NCBI GenBank assembly: GCA_018970325.1
Contig: JAGWWP010000005.1
Location: forward strand, 1,594 to 65,593
Direction: 5' to 3'
DNA from: Cyanobacteria bacterium REEB446
Lineage (GTDB): Bacteria; Cyanobacteriota; Vampirovibrionia; LMEP-6097
Length of the DNA stretch: 64,000 nucleotides
Part shown: piece after piece, positions 28,608 to 37,407 of the stretch
Numbering within the stretch: the stretch's first letter is position 1
Layout of the letters: every line of letters starts with the position of its first letter
The notes under the pieces: model-generated
Told to the model about the DNA's origin: nothing
Database searches by the model: none
Seen by the model: the letters and a program-made list of their open reading frames with translations, nothing else
Made by a program: the position numbers and the translations under genes

Positions 28608-29579
28608 ATGCACACCGCCTACCTGTCTCTAGGATCTAATTTAGGAGATAGACAAAGAAATTTGGAAACTGCTCTTTCACAGATACTTCAATGTGAGGGA
28701 GTGAAGATTTTAAAATGCTCAACTTGGCTTGAAAACCCTGCAATAGAAGAAGCAGGTCCAAATCCTTTTCTAAATGGTGTCATTAAAATATCTGTAAATT
28801 TATCTCCTATAGAACTTTTAAAAGAATTACAGCGGATTGAATTGAGCATTGACTGTAATAGAGTGGAGCGTGGTAGAAAATCAGCACGAATTATAGATAT
28901 AGATATTCTGCTTTTTGATAGACTTAAAATAGATTCTGCGGAATTGACTATTCCTCATCCTCGCATGTTCAGTAGGAGTTTCGTCTTAAAACCGCTTAAT
29001 GAAATAGAACCAAAGATAGTGCAAGAAACCGTTTATTCTTATTTTAAACTTAAATCAGAGTATAAAATTCGCAAAATGATGCTTGCGGATTTAGATCAAA
29101 TATGCCGCATAGAAGCAGATGCCTACGGTGAAGTACACTGGACTCGGGATAATTTCGTCAGTGAATTAGATAATACTGTTGGTGATTATAATGTTTTATG
29201 TAAAGATGATAATGAAATTTTAGGTTATCTTGGCTCTTGGATGATCATAGATGAAATGCATATTACGACTATAGCTACTGCTAAAAATCACATCAGGAAA
29301 GGTGTCGCAGAAGCTCTTTTAATAGCCCAAATTTTTAAAGCTCTAGAACAGAATATTAAAGCACTTACCCTTGAAGTAAGAGTAAGTAATATTAAAGCTC
29401 AAGGTCTCTATGAAAAATATCTATTTAAAAGACAGGGAATCCGTAAAAGATACTACGAAGATACTCTAGAGTCAGCCTTAATCATGTGGACCGAAGATAT
29501 AAATTCTGATGAGTTTCAGAAAAATTTTAGAGAAAGGCTGATTGAGCTTGTAAATAAGAGTGAATTGTTTGATCAGTAA
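28608..29579 (+). CDS. folK: HPPK (2-amino-4-hydroxy-6-hydroxymethyldihydropteridine pyrophosphokinase) fused to a RimI-like GNAT acetyltransferase
   Basis: N-terminus AYLSLGSNLGDR is the HPPK signature. The C-terminal ~150 aa carry a GNAT fold (LGSWMIIDEMHITTIAT...RKGVAEALL...LEVRVSNIKAQGLYEKYLF). Confidence 0.7.
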   Translation: MHTAYLSLGSNLGDRQRNLETALSQILQCEGVKILKCSTWLENPAIEEAGPNPFLNGVIKISVNLSPIELLKELQRIELSIDCNRVERGRKSARIIDIDILLFDRLKIDSAELTIPHPRMFSRSFVLKPLNEIEPKIVQETVYSYFKLKSEYKIRKMMLADLDQICRIEADAYGEVHWTRDNFVSELDNTVGDYNVLCKDDNEILGYLGSWMIIDEMHITTIATAKNHIRKGVAEALLIAQIFKALEQNIKALTLEVRVSNIKAQGLYEKYLFKRQGIRKRYYEDTLESALIMWTEDINSDEFQKNFRERLIELVNKSELFDQ

Positions 29580-29641
29580 TTAAACGCCGAAGATGAAGCT
29601 GTGGAGGACTTTTAAAAGAATTAAAGATCACCGAAGACTCC

Positions 29642-29935
29642 CTAAGCAATTGCTACATCTTTGTTATCTCCAAGACGCAAGTCTCGCATGGCTTTTTTTT
29701 CATTTTCAGCTTCTTGAAGCCAAGTTTGAAACTGCTCACGCTTTAAACTGATTAACTGCTGAGCTAAAAATAACATTTGCCTTGTAGCTCCAGAAGAGCC
29801 AGATTCACCTAAAACCACTTGCTGCATATTTTGCTCAGCCGTAACTAAATTTTGTTGACCTTGCTCAATGCCTACATTAGCAGCAGCAATTTGACGCGTA
29901 GGATTTATAGCTGACATACCAAACGAGTATATCAT
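29642..29935 (-). CDS. hypothetical protein (97 aa)
   Basis: ORF only. Confidence 0.3.
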   Translation of the reverse strand: MIYSFGMSAINPTRQIAAANVGIEQGQQNLVTAEQNMQQVVLGESGSSGATRQMLFLAQQLISLKREQFQTWLQEAENEKKAMRDLRLGDNKDVAIA

Positions 29936-30007
29936 ATTTTCTTAATATTTCCAGAAAATGCAGCAGATAAAAAATTCATCAAAAGTCGGTCTTAGCAACT
30001 AACAGCC

Positions 30008-31081
30008 TTAAATATCGATCAAAAGCTTACCGTCAGCTATGTTCAAGCCTTTCTTAAAACCTGGATCTTCATCTAGTGCAGAGATACCACGATTCGCAAG
30101 CTTTAATAAATAAGGCATAGTCGAATTACACAGTGCATGAGTACTAGTATTAGGCACAGCACCTGGCATATTAGCCACCCCATAATGAAGCACATTATGC
30201 TTAACGATTATCGGATTATCATGGCTAGTAACTTCACTAGTTTCTATACATCCACCTTGGTCTACAGCCACGTCTACGATTACCGAACCATAACCCATCT
30301 GCTTAACCATACTCTCAGTGACCAACATAGGTGCTTTTTTACCAGTAATTAATACAGCACCGATAACTAAATCAGATTCTAAGACTCTCTTCTCTATCGC
30401 AGAAGAAGTACTAAAAATAGTAGCTACTCTGCTACCGTATAAATCATCTATCTCTGAAAGAGCATTTAAATTATTATCAAAAACATTAACATGCGCGCCC
30501 ATACCCACCGCTATTTTCAAAGCTGCTCTACCAACTATACCAGCACCAAGAATAGTTACTATCGCAGGAGGTACACCAGCAGCACCACCTAAAAGAATGC
30601 CTCTCCCTGGATGCTGATCATTAACACCTCTCTCTAAGAATCTTGCCCCGATCTGAACAGACATGCGCCCAGCTACCTCTGACATTGGCTTCAACAGTGG
30701 CAATCTACCTGATCTATCTTCTATAGTCTCATAAGCTATACAGTGAGCCCCAGTGCGAGTAAGTGCATCAGTTAAAGTCTTACTAGAAGCTAAGTGTAAA
30801 TAAGTAAAGAGTATGTGCCTTTCCTCGATTAACTTATACTCTTGCTCTAAAGGCTGCTTTACCTTGACGATAATATCTGATTTCTTAAAAACTTCTTCTG
30901 TGGTATCTAAGATAACCGCTCCAGCTTTTCTATAAGCTTCATCATGAAAACTACTACCAGTACCCGCACCAGCCTGAACATAGACATTATGTCCAGCTTC
31001 ATGCAAAGTACGAGCCCAGTCTGGAGTCATAGCTACTCTGTTTTCATGTGCAAGTATTTCCTTAGGAACGCCTATTTTCAT
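30008..31081 (-). CDS. ald: alanine dehydrogenase
   Basis: MKIGVPKEI...ENRVA...TP N-terminus and Rossmann fold GAGIVGRAA. Confidence 0.85.
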   Translation of the reverse strand: MKIGVPKEILAHENRVAMTPDWARTLHEAGHNVYVQAGAGTGSSFHDEAYRKAGAVILDTTEEVFKKSDIIVKVKQPLEQEYKLIEERHILFTYLHLASSKTLTDALTRTGAHCIAYETIEDRSGRLPLLKPMSEVAGRMSVQIGARFLERGVNDQHPGRGILLGGAAGVPPAIVTILGAGIVGRAALKIAVGMGAHVNVFDNNLNALSEIDDLYGSRVATIFSTSSAIEKRVLESDLVIGAVLITGKKAPMLVTESMVKQMGYGSVIVDVAVDQGGCIETSEVTSHDNPIIVKHNVLHYGVANMPGAVPNTSTHALCNSTMPYLLKLANRGISALDEDPGFKKGLNIADGKLLIDI

Positions 31082-31103
31082 TAAATTTTATTATAACAAG
31101 CAC

Positions 31104-31133
31104 GGGCGTGTAGCGAAGCTCCAATTTCTGCGG
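31104..31133 (-). repeat. core repeat copy ~22 nt upstream of ald start
   Basis: RC reads CCGCAGAAATTGGAGCTTCGCTACACGCCC. Confidence 0.5.
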
Positions 31134-32147
31134 CTAAACTTTCGCAGGCATCTCTGCTACTAAGATTTTTCCTTTATGCTTTTCGTAAGGAGATATCTTC
31201 GCACCAGAAACTACTATACAGTCTTCAAGCTCCGCTCCCTCACCGATTTCCACATTATCCCAGATCACACAGTTTTTCAAGCTTACAGTATCAGCGATCA
31301 CAGTCTTATCACCAATTTCATTATCTTCGATTAAACTTGCGAGTGGTGATATATCCTGAGAGCGAATTAAGGGTTTAAAACTTTCAAAGTTTACTGAACC
31401 AGAAGCTATATCTTTCATCGTCTGAATGTACTGCTGTGGTGTACCAATATCAGCCCAATAAATATCTGCATCCACCGCCACAGCCTGCATATAAACTCCA
31501 GCTTCTAGAAGCTTAGGGAAAAGATCATGAGCGACATCATATGTGGGAGCTTCTTCCACATCAGGAATCATATCTAGAATCTCAGGTTCAAAAAAATAAA
31601 TACCCGTATTAGCCCAATTAGAGAGAGCTTCTTCTGGCTTCGGCTTTTCTTGGAAATTAATAACCCGACCTTTACCATCAGTTACAACTACACCAAAATG
31701 AGTTGTATCTTGCACCTGCATCTTAGCGATAGTAACTTTACAGTTATTGTCTTTAACTGCTTTTTGGTGTGCTTTTAATAATTTAGTTAAATCAGCATTA
31801 GTAAGCGCATCGCCCATGATAATACAGACAGTAGAGCCTTTCAAATATTCCCTGCAAGCCCTGATACCACCAGCAACACCAGAGAGTTTCGATTCATGTA
31901 TAAAATGAATATCTATACCTTCTCTCTGTTTAATATCAGCAAAATAATCATGTAACTTCGACGCAAGATGATATGTATTAGATACTACATCTGTAATACC
32001 GTGCTTTTTCAGTAAGAGGAGTATATGCTCCATTACTGGTCTGCCAGCTATCTGCACAAGTGGTTTAGGTAAAATATTAGTGAGAGGTTCCAGTCTAGAA
32101 CCGATTCCAGCGGCAAGCACCATTGCTTTTATTTTTTTGTCTTCCAT
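31134..32147 (-). CDS. NDP-sugar pyrophosphorylase (nucleotidyltransferase + left-handed beta-helix C-terminal domain)
   Basis: AMVLAAGIGSRLEPLT...KPLV signature. Confidence 0.75.
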   Translation of the reverse strand: MEDKKIKAMVLAAGIGSRLEPLTNILPKPLVQIAGRPVMEHILLLLKKHGITDVVSNTYHLASKLHDYFADIKQREGIDIHFIHESKLSGVAGGIRACREYLKGSTVCIIMGDALTNADLTKLLKAHQKAVKDNNCKVTIAKMQVQDTTHFGVVVTDGKGRVINFQEKPKPEEALSNWANTGIYFFEPEILDMIPDVEEAPTYDVAHDLFPKLLEAGVYMQAVAVDADIYWADIGTPQQYIQTMKDIASGSVNFESFKPLIRSQDISPLASLIEDNEIGDKTVIADTVSLKNCVIWDNVEIGEGAELEDCIVVSGAKISPYEKHKGKILVAEMPAKV

Positions 32148-32230
32148 CTGCTAGGATATTGTAGCAAAATTCATAGAACTACCGCCAATATAGAGCTTTA
32201 AAAATTAAAATAGCGTTACAATTAATTGAT

Positions 32231-33253
32231 ATGAGTTTAATTAAGCAAGAAAAAAGAGAAATCATCGTCGTTATCACGCTGGTAGCTCTTTGTTTATTAT
32301 CTTCGATCCTTGGCATGGTTCTTTTAAAAGACGGGCAAGGTCAAATGCACTCTGGGAACGAAGTCAAAAAAGAGTTATTATCTCAAATTGGTAATTATCA
32401 GGATTATATTCCAATCATTGGGCTTGAAGGTGTTATTTATGATGGCTTTGCAAAAAGCAGCCCTTTTAGTTCTGCTACCGATGCAGTTAGCTGTAAACAG
32501 GAATTACAAAAAGCCTTAGATGATAAAAAAGCGAAGGCTGTTCTTTTAAGAATGAATAGCCCAGGTGGAACAGTTGCAGCTAGCCAAGAAATTTACCAAC
32601 TGGTAAAGAAACTTCGCGAAGCTAAAAAACCAGTATTAGTTTCTATGGGAGACATATGTGGCAGTGGCTGCTATTACATAGCGAGTGCCGCTGATTCCAT
32701 AGTCGCTAACCCTGGCACTCTCACTGGCAGCATAGGTGTTATCAGTCAGGGAGTAAATCTTAAAGGTTTTTTTGATAGGCTTGGTATTAAAGATCAAACA
32801 TTTAAAGCAGGTAAATTTAAAGACATAGGCTCCAGCCAAAGAGAATTAATGCCTGAAGAAATAAGTATCTTAAATAAGCTCCTTGAGAACAGTTATGATC
32901 AATTTCTAAATGATATTCATGCCGGTAGAGGCATAGAGATAGATAAGCTTCAGGTTATCGCAAGAGGGATAATTTACACTGGCTCTCAAGCCAAAGAAGT
33001 CGGTCTAGTAGATCATCTTGGGACACTAGAAGACTCTAAACTACTTTTAAAGGATTTATTAAAAACTAAATACAAAGTAAAAGGTGCTGACAGTCTAACA
33101 TTCAGAGAGACTTGGGATGGCGGTCAATTTTCTTCACTAGAAGGTCTGTTCGGTATGAAGATGTCACAGAAAGACTCTATAAAGAATCTTTTAACTGGTG
33201 AAAACGGTACAGCATCTTCCGTATTTCAACCACTATGGCTAATGGAAAGATGA
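32231..33253 (+). CDS. sppA: signal peptide peptidase SppA (36K type)
   Basis: ClpP/crotonase fold with MNSPGG...GSGCYYIASAAD...GSIGV. Confidence 0.8.
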   Translation: MSLIKQEKREIIVVITLVALCLLSSILGMVLLKDGQGQMHSGNEVKKELLSQIGNYQDYIPIIGLEGVIYDGFAKSSPFSSATDAVSCKQELQKALDDKKAKAVLLRMNSPGGTVAASQEIYQLVKKLREAKKPVLVSMGDICGSGCYYIASAADSIVANPGTLTGSIGVISQGVNLKGFFDRLGIKDQTFKAGKFKDIGSSQRELMPEEISILNKLLENSYDQFLNDIHAGRGIEIDKLQVIARGIIYTGSQAKEVGLVDHLGTLEDSKLLLKDLLKTKYKVKGADSLTFRETWDGGQFSSLEGLFGMKMSQKDSIKNLLTGENGTASSVFQPLWLMER

Positions 33254-34980
33254 AAATCAAAGAACTATTTATCCCAGTAATTCCACTTACAGAAGAGCTT
33301 ACTGGAAAAGAACTTAGGATAGTAGATCATCTGAATTTAACAGGTTCTAGTCCTAGGAATATAGGTTTCATCCCTGTTACGGAGTTGTATACATCCCAGT
33401 TTAATAGCGAAAACGCAGGAATTGGAGCTCAGCAGCAGTGCCTAGAAATTAAAGTTGCTGCTCTTGCCAACGGTGAAGTGCCTTCCGAAGAGGAAAAATC
33501 TTTATTACTTTCACAGGGTATACAGGCTTATAGTTATGCCTTAATGCCTCTAGCTCTTTACTACTGTGCAGAGGGTTACACTCTTTCAGCTAAAGCCTAC
33601 ATACCATCACTACCTAAATACTTCTCCATGACAGGTTTTCACTCAGGAATTAAAGCTGCGTCTAAAGAAAACAACTTAGATATGGCAGTTTTATTTTCAG
33701 AGAAACCGTGTTCTTGGGCTGGTACTTTTACAAAAAATGCGATGAAAGCTATATGCGTAGAACATAACATAGAATTAAAATCTAAAACCGTTCACGGTCT
33801 TATCGCTAATTCTGGTAACGCGAACTGCTGCACTGGAGAAGAAGGGATTAAAGCAGATAATGATTTAAGGAAACTACTTGAAGATTTTCTTGAAAATACC
33901 GTAGAAATTGAAGTCCGCGAGCAGTCCACACAAGACACGGTTGCCAGACTTGCAAGTTCAAGGCTGAGGAGGACGAATGACCGCAGTGTACTTAATGTAC
34001 ATGAGGATCATGAGGACGATGAAAACGCAGAAATTGGAGTCCGGCAACCGTGTCCAAAAGTGCTGTCGGCAAGTACGGGGGTTATAGGACGTAAGCTTGA
34101 CCTGAGTCACGCTAAAAAGGTTTTCACAGAAAAAATAAAAGAAAAGAAAAATTCTAAATCCTATGAAGCTGTCTATGATTTCGCTAGAGCGATTATGACC
34201 ACAGATACTGTTCCGAAGATCAGTCAGGATCAGAAACAGCGATTTCTTGGCATCTGTAAAGGTTCTGGCATGATAGCTCCAAACATGGCAACCATGCTCG
34301 GTTTTATTATTACGGATGTGAGAATTTCTGGACTTGATAATGAAAAAGTTACGGAATTTATGCAAGAAACTGTAAGTGAAATCGTCAATGCTACTTTTAA
34401 TAACATCAGCGTAGATGGCGATACTAGTACTAATGACATGGTTCTCCTCTTAAATAATTTCACTGGAGAGGAAATCAACCAAGAAGAGTTTAAATCATCT
34501 CTTGAAGAGGTCTGCAAAGGACTCTGCTATCAGATTATTGCAGATGGTGAAGGTTTAACCAAAATCATAGACCTAAAGCTAGAAAATTTACCCATCAGTC
34601 CATTAAATCTTCAAAAAATCGGCAGAAATATTATTAATTCGATGTTAGTTAAAACCGCTATCTTCGGTAATGACCCCAATTGGGGGCGCATAGTTGCAGC
34701 TTTCGCACGGGAAGAAGCGCTACTAGAAGGTTTAGACATGAGCTTAATTGAAGTTAATCTATTAGATAGCTGTGTTTTTAAAAATGCTTCTGCACAAATT
34801 TTTGGAGCGGATTTAGATAAACTCGCTAAGCGATTGAAACAGGCAAGGCACGTAGAGATAGTTATAAGTTTAACTAAAAATAAATCAACTATCGAAAGCA
34901 AAGCTTTAAATTCTGCACATTTCCTTGGAAATGATCTAAGTTATGACTATGTCAAGATTAATGCAGAATACACTTCTTGA
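33235..34980 (+). CDS. argJ: glutamate N-acetyltransferase / ornithine acetyltransferase, with ~130-aa N-terminal extension and in-frame MITE-like insertion
   Basis: The ArgJ-homologous region begins at M132 (ATG 33628: MTGFHSGIKAA...NSGNANCCTG). Self-cleavage motif PNMATMLGFIITD. 33235-33627 is an in-frame N-terminal extension of unknown function. ~57 codons at 33.90-34.09 kb come from the palindromic repeat. Confidence 0.8.
   Translation: MANGKMKIKELFIPVIPLTEELTGKELRIVDHLNLTGSSPRNIGFIPVTELYTSQFNSENAGIGAQQQCLEIKVAALANGEVPSEEEKSLLLSQGIQAYSYALMPLALYYCAEGYTLSAKAYIPSLPKYFSMTGFHSGIKAASKENNLDMAVLFSEKPCSWAGTFTKNAMKAICVEHNIELKSKTVHGLIANSGNANCCTGEEGIKADNDLRKLLEDFLENTVEIEVREQSTQDTVARLASSRLRRTNDRSVLNVHEDHEDDENAEIGVRQPCPKVLSASTGVIGRKLDLSHAKKVFTEKIKEKKNSKSYEAVYDFARAIMTTDTVPKISQDQKQRFLGICKGSGMIAPNMATMLGFIITDVRISGLDNEKVTEFMQETVSEIVNATFNNISVDGDTSTNDMVLLLNNFTGEEINQEEFKSSLEEVCKGLCYQIIADGEGLTKIIDLKLENLPISPLNLQKIGRNIINSMLVKTAIFGNDPNWGRIVAAFAREEALLEGLDMSLIEVNLLDSCVFKNASAQIFGADLDKLAKRLKQARHVEIVISLTKNKSTIESKALNSAHFLGNDLSYDYVKINAEYTS
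33903..34056 (+). repeat. MITE-like palindromic element inserted in-frame in argJ
   Basis: Flanking direct repeats AGAAATTGAAGTCCGC / AGAAATTGGAGTCCGG. Terminal inverted repeats GACACGGTTGCC...GGCAACCGTGTC. Internal blocks match the 381-568 copy in reverse orientation. Confidence 0.6.
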
Positions 34981-35040
34981 AACCGCAAAAATGCAGAAGA
35001 TCAGATTATACGTTGCGGGTGACGGTTATACCGACTGTCT

Positions 35041-36345
35041 CTAATAATCACTACAAAGCCAAGCAATAAAAGTACCACAGAGATTTTTACTCTCATTAAG
35101 ATCCTGCTTGATTTGGTAAGCATCACTAGCCTCGATTAAAGCTACATAAGGTCTGACGTCGTAAACATAACGAATATTCTCATAATTGGAATTATATTGA
35201 TGTTGTTTTAGGTAATAATTACAAGACTGAACATTTCTGTTGTCAGAAGTAGAAAGGCCGTAGGCCCTGCACATCATCGGACGAATCTGGTGTACCGAAC
35301 AGCCACCCGATTCACCTAAGAAAGGACAGCTGTATTTAAAATCATTAGGGTTTGCATCTTCTTTAGTCGGTCTATGTTTATTGGTGAGCTTTAACTCATA
35401 GCCATACTTTTCTACGTGCTTGCTTTGAATATCTCTAGCCTTCGCTTTATAAATTTCGATATCACGCCCTTCTTCTTTAAGCTTCTGAGCTAAATATTTA
35501 TATTCCGAGTAATAGAGTACAGGATAGTCATTATGACAGCATTCTGAACAACTATAATAAAAGCAGGTGTCTTCATTAACCCCAGTGAGATCACAGACCT
35601 CGGTCTGAATATCCTTAATCTCTTGATAAAGCACACCTAGATTATTAACCACTTCCGAAGGTGGATAAGTATGCTTATTAGGTAATTTCTTTAAGCTAAC
35701 TTTCTTAGTTAAGTCTGGGAGATACTGCTCTCTGTACTCTAACATCACATCATCAGCTTTCCCTAAATCTTTATTACGTCTATGATATAAAGCAAGTAAA
35801 CGTAATCTCTCTGGCTTTAAAGATTCTTCTTTTAGATTATCAAATAAGTTTTTATTAGATAGTATTTCAAACGCTTTAGGGTAAAGCTCTTCAAGTTGAT
35901 TAACTAATATAAAATCAGTATAGTAAACGATTACAGTTGGTAATAAATTAACGATAGTATAAAAATCTATATTCTTGAATCTTTTATCTAATTCCTCATC
36001 TAACTGAACATATTTATAAATCTTGGTATAAATATCTATAAGCTTCTTCGCAAGCGAGTTAGCTATAAATTCATTTCTTTTTATCGCAAAGAGATTTTTC
36101 TCTTCTAAATGAATCTCATAGGTCAAAGCATTTAAAATAAACAAACCCTTGATATCCAAAGAATCCATCAGGTCTGGTCTATTAATTAATTCTTCATGTA
36201 AGCTAAGAGATTTACCTTGAAGATACCTGCTTAAATATTTATTAAATCTATCTTTCTGGCTTCTTTTATAAAAAATATCCTGATAACCAGAATCATAAGT
36301 CTTTAATGCATCTAGGGATTTTAACCTGTTTTGATCTTGTGACAT
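35041..36345 (-). CDS. hypothetical protein with C-terminal YkgJ-type CxxCxxCC zinc/iron-chelating domain
   Basis: CFYYSCSECCHNDYP...YSCPFLGESGGCSVHQIRPMMCRAYG. Confidence 0.45.
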   Translation of the reverse strand: MSQDQNRLKSLDALKTYDSGYQDIFYKRSQKDRFNKYLSRYLQGKSLSLHEELINRPDLMDSLDIKGLFILNALTYEIHLEEKNLFAIKRNEFIANSLAKKLIDIYTKIYKYVQLDEELDKRFKNIDFYTIVNLLPTVIVYYTDFILVNQLEELYPKAFEILSNKNLFDNLKEESLKPERLRLLALYHRRNKDLGKADDVMLEYREQYLPDLTKKVSLKKLPNKHTYPPSEVVNNLGVLYQEIKDIQTEVCDLTGVNEDTCFYYSCSECCHNDYPVLYYSEYKYLAQKLKEEGRDIEIYKAKARDIQSKHVEKYGYELKLTNKHRPTKEDANPNDFKYSCPFLGESGGCSVHQIRPMMCRAYGLSTSDNRNVQSCNYYLKQHQYNSNYENIRYVYDVRPYVALIEASDAYQIKQDLNESKNLCGTFIAWLCSDY

Positions 36346-36376
36346 AAGATATATATTAATCCCTTTTTTGATTTAG

Positions 36377-36462
36377 TGGTACCGCAGGTCGGACTCGAAC
36401 CGACACTCTTTAAGGGAACTTGATTTTGAGTCAAGCGCGTCTACCGATTCCGCCACTGCGGC
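36377..36462 (-). tRNA. tRNA-Leu (anticodon CAA), CCA encoded
   Basis: RC GCCGCAGTGGCGGAATCGGTAGACGCGCTTGACTCAAAATCAAGTTCCCTTAAAGAGTGTCGGTTCGAGTCCGACCTGCGGTACCA. Long variable arm typical of Leu. Confidence 0.8.
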
Positions 36463-36479
36463 AGTACCAGACTTCTAAA

Positions 36480-37367
36480 TTAAGATCCAGCCATCATAGA
36501 AGCTACTTCATCTGCGAAGTTATCTTCTTTTTTCTGTATACCTTCACCAACTTTAAGTAAAACAAAAGCATCAATAGTCGCCCCACCTAAATAATCTTTA
36601 ACCTTCTGGTCTGGATTTTTAATAAATGGCTGTTCGTCTAAAGTCTTCACTGCAAGAAGCTTACTGATTCTACCCTCAACAATCTTCTCTTTAATCTCAT
36701 CAGGTTTCCCTTTAAGATCATCTTTCTGCATCTCTATATTCTTCTCAGCAGCAATTACTTCAGCAGAAATATCAGCTCTAGTTTTAAACTCTGGAGCTGG
36801 ATTACTAGCAGCTACATGCATAGCAATATCTAAAGCTTTATCTTCAGTCACAGCAGTACCAGATAAAGTAACTAAAGCACCAATTTTATAACCAACAGGG
36901 TGTATATATGGAGCTACTACACCATCAGTCTTTAAATAAGCTAATCTTCTAAGCTCTATCTTTTCACCAATTTTAGAAATCTGCTCAAGGATAGTCTCAC
37001 TTAAAGGCTTTCCTTCAAAATCTACAGCTAGAACTTCTTCTAAATTATTAGACTTAGTATCTAAAGCTATCTTCGCAATTTTCTTAGCAAAGTTAATAAA
37101 ATCATCATTCTTAGCAACGAAATCAGTTTGACAATTAAGCTCAATAAGAGTCGCAGACTTCTTATCATCAGCCACCGCCACTGCAATAATTCCCTCAGCA
37201 GCGATGTTTCCAATCTTCTTAGCAGCACCAGCTATACCTTTCTTACGCAAATAATTAACAGCTTCTTCTATGTTTCCATTAGACTCGGTCAAGGCCTCTT
37301 TACACTTCATCATGCCGACACCAGTCATCGCTCTTAACTCAGCTACGTCTTTTGCTCCAAAACTCAT
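36480..37367 (-). CDS. tsf: translation elongation factor Ts
   Basis: UBA-like N-terminus LRAMTGVGMMKCKEAL. Confidence 0.9.
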   Translation of the reverse strand: MSFGAKDVAELRAMTGVGMMKCKEALTESNGNIEEAVNYLRKKGIAGAAKKIGNIAAEGIIAVAVADDKKSATLIELNCQTDFVAKNDDFINFAKKIAKIALDTKSNNLEEVLAVDFEGKPLSETILEQISKIGEKIELRRLAYLKTDGVVAPYIHPVGYKIGALVTLSGTAVTEDKALDIAMHVAASNPAPEFKTRADISAEVIAAEKNIEMQKDDLKGKPDEIKEKIVEGRISKLLAVKTLDEQPFIKNPDQKVKDYLGGATIDAFVLLKVGEGIQKKEDNFADEVASMMAGS

Positions 37368-37407
37368 CTTCTTTTAAATTCCTTTATCTCTCGAAAACTA
37401 TAATAGC

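Noticed and set aside
33958-34901. Three minus-strand ORFs inside argJ (33958-34365, 34230-34517, 34611-34901)
   Set aside because: Antisense to a gene with strong ArgJ motifs. The first partly owes its length to the palindromic repeat.
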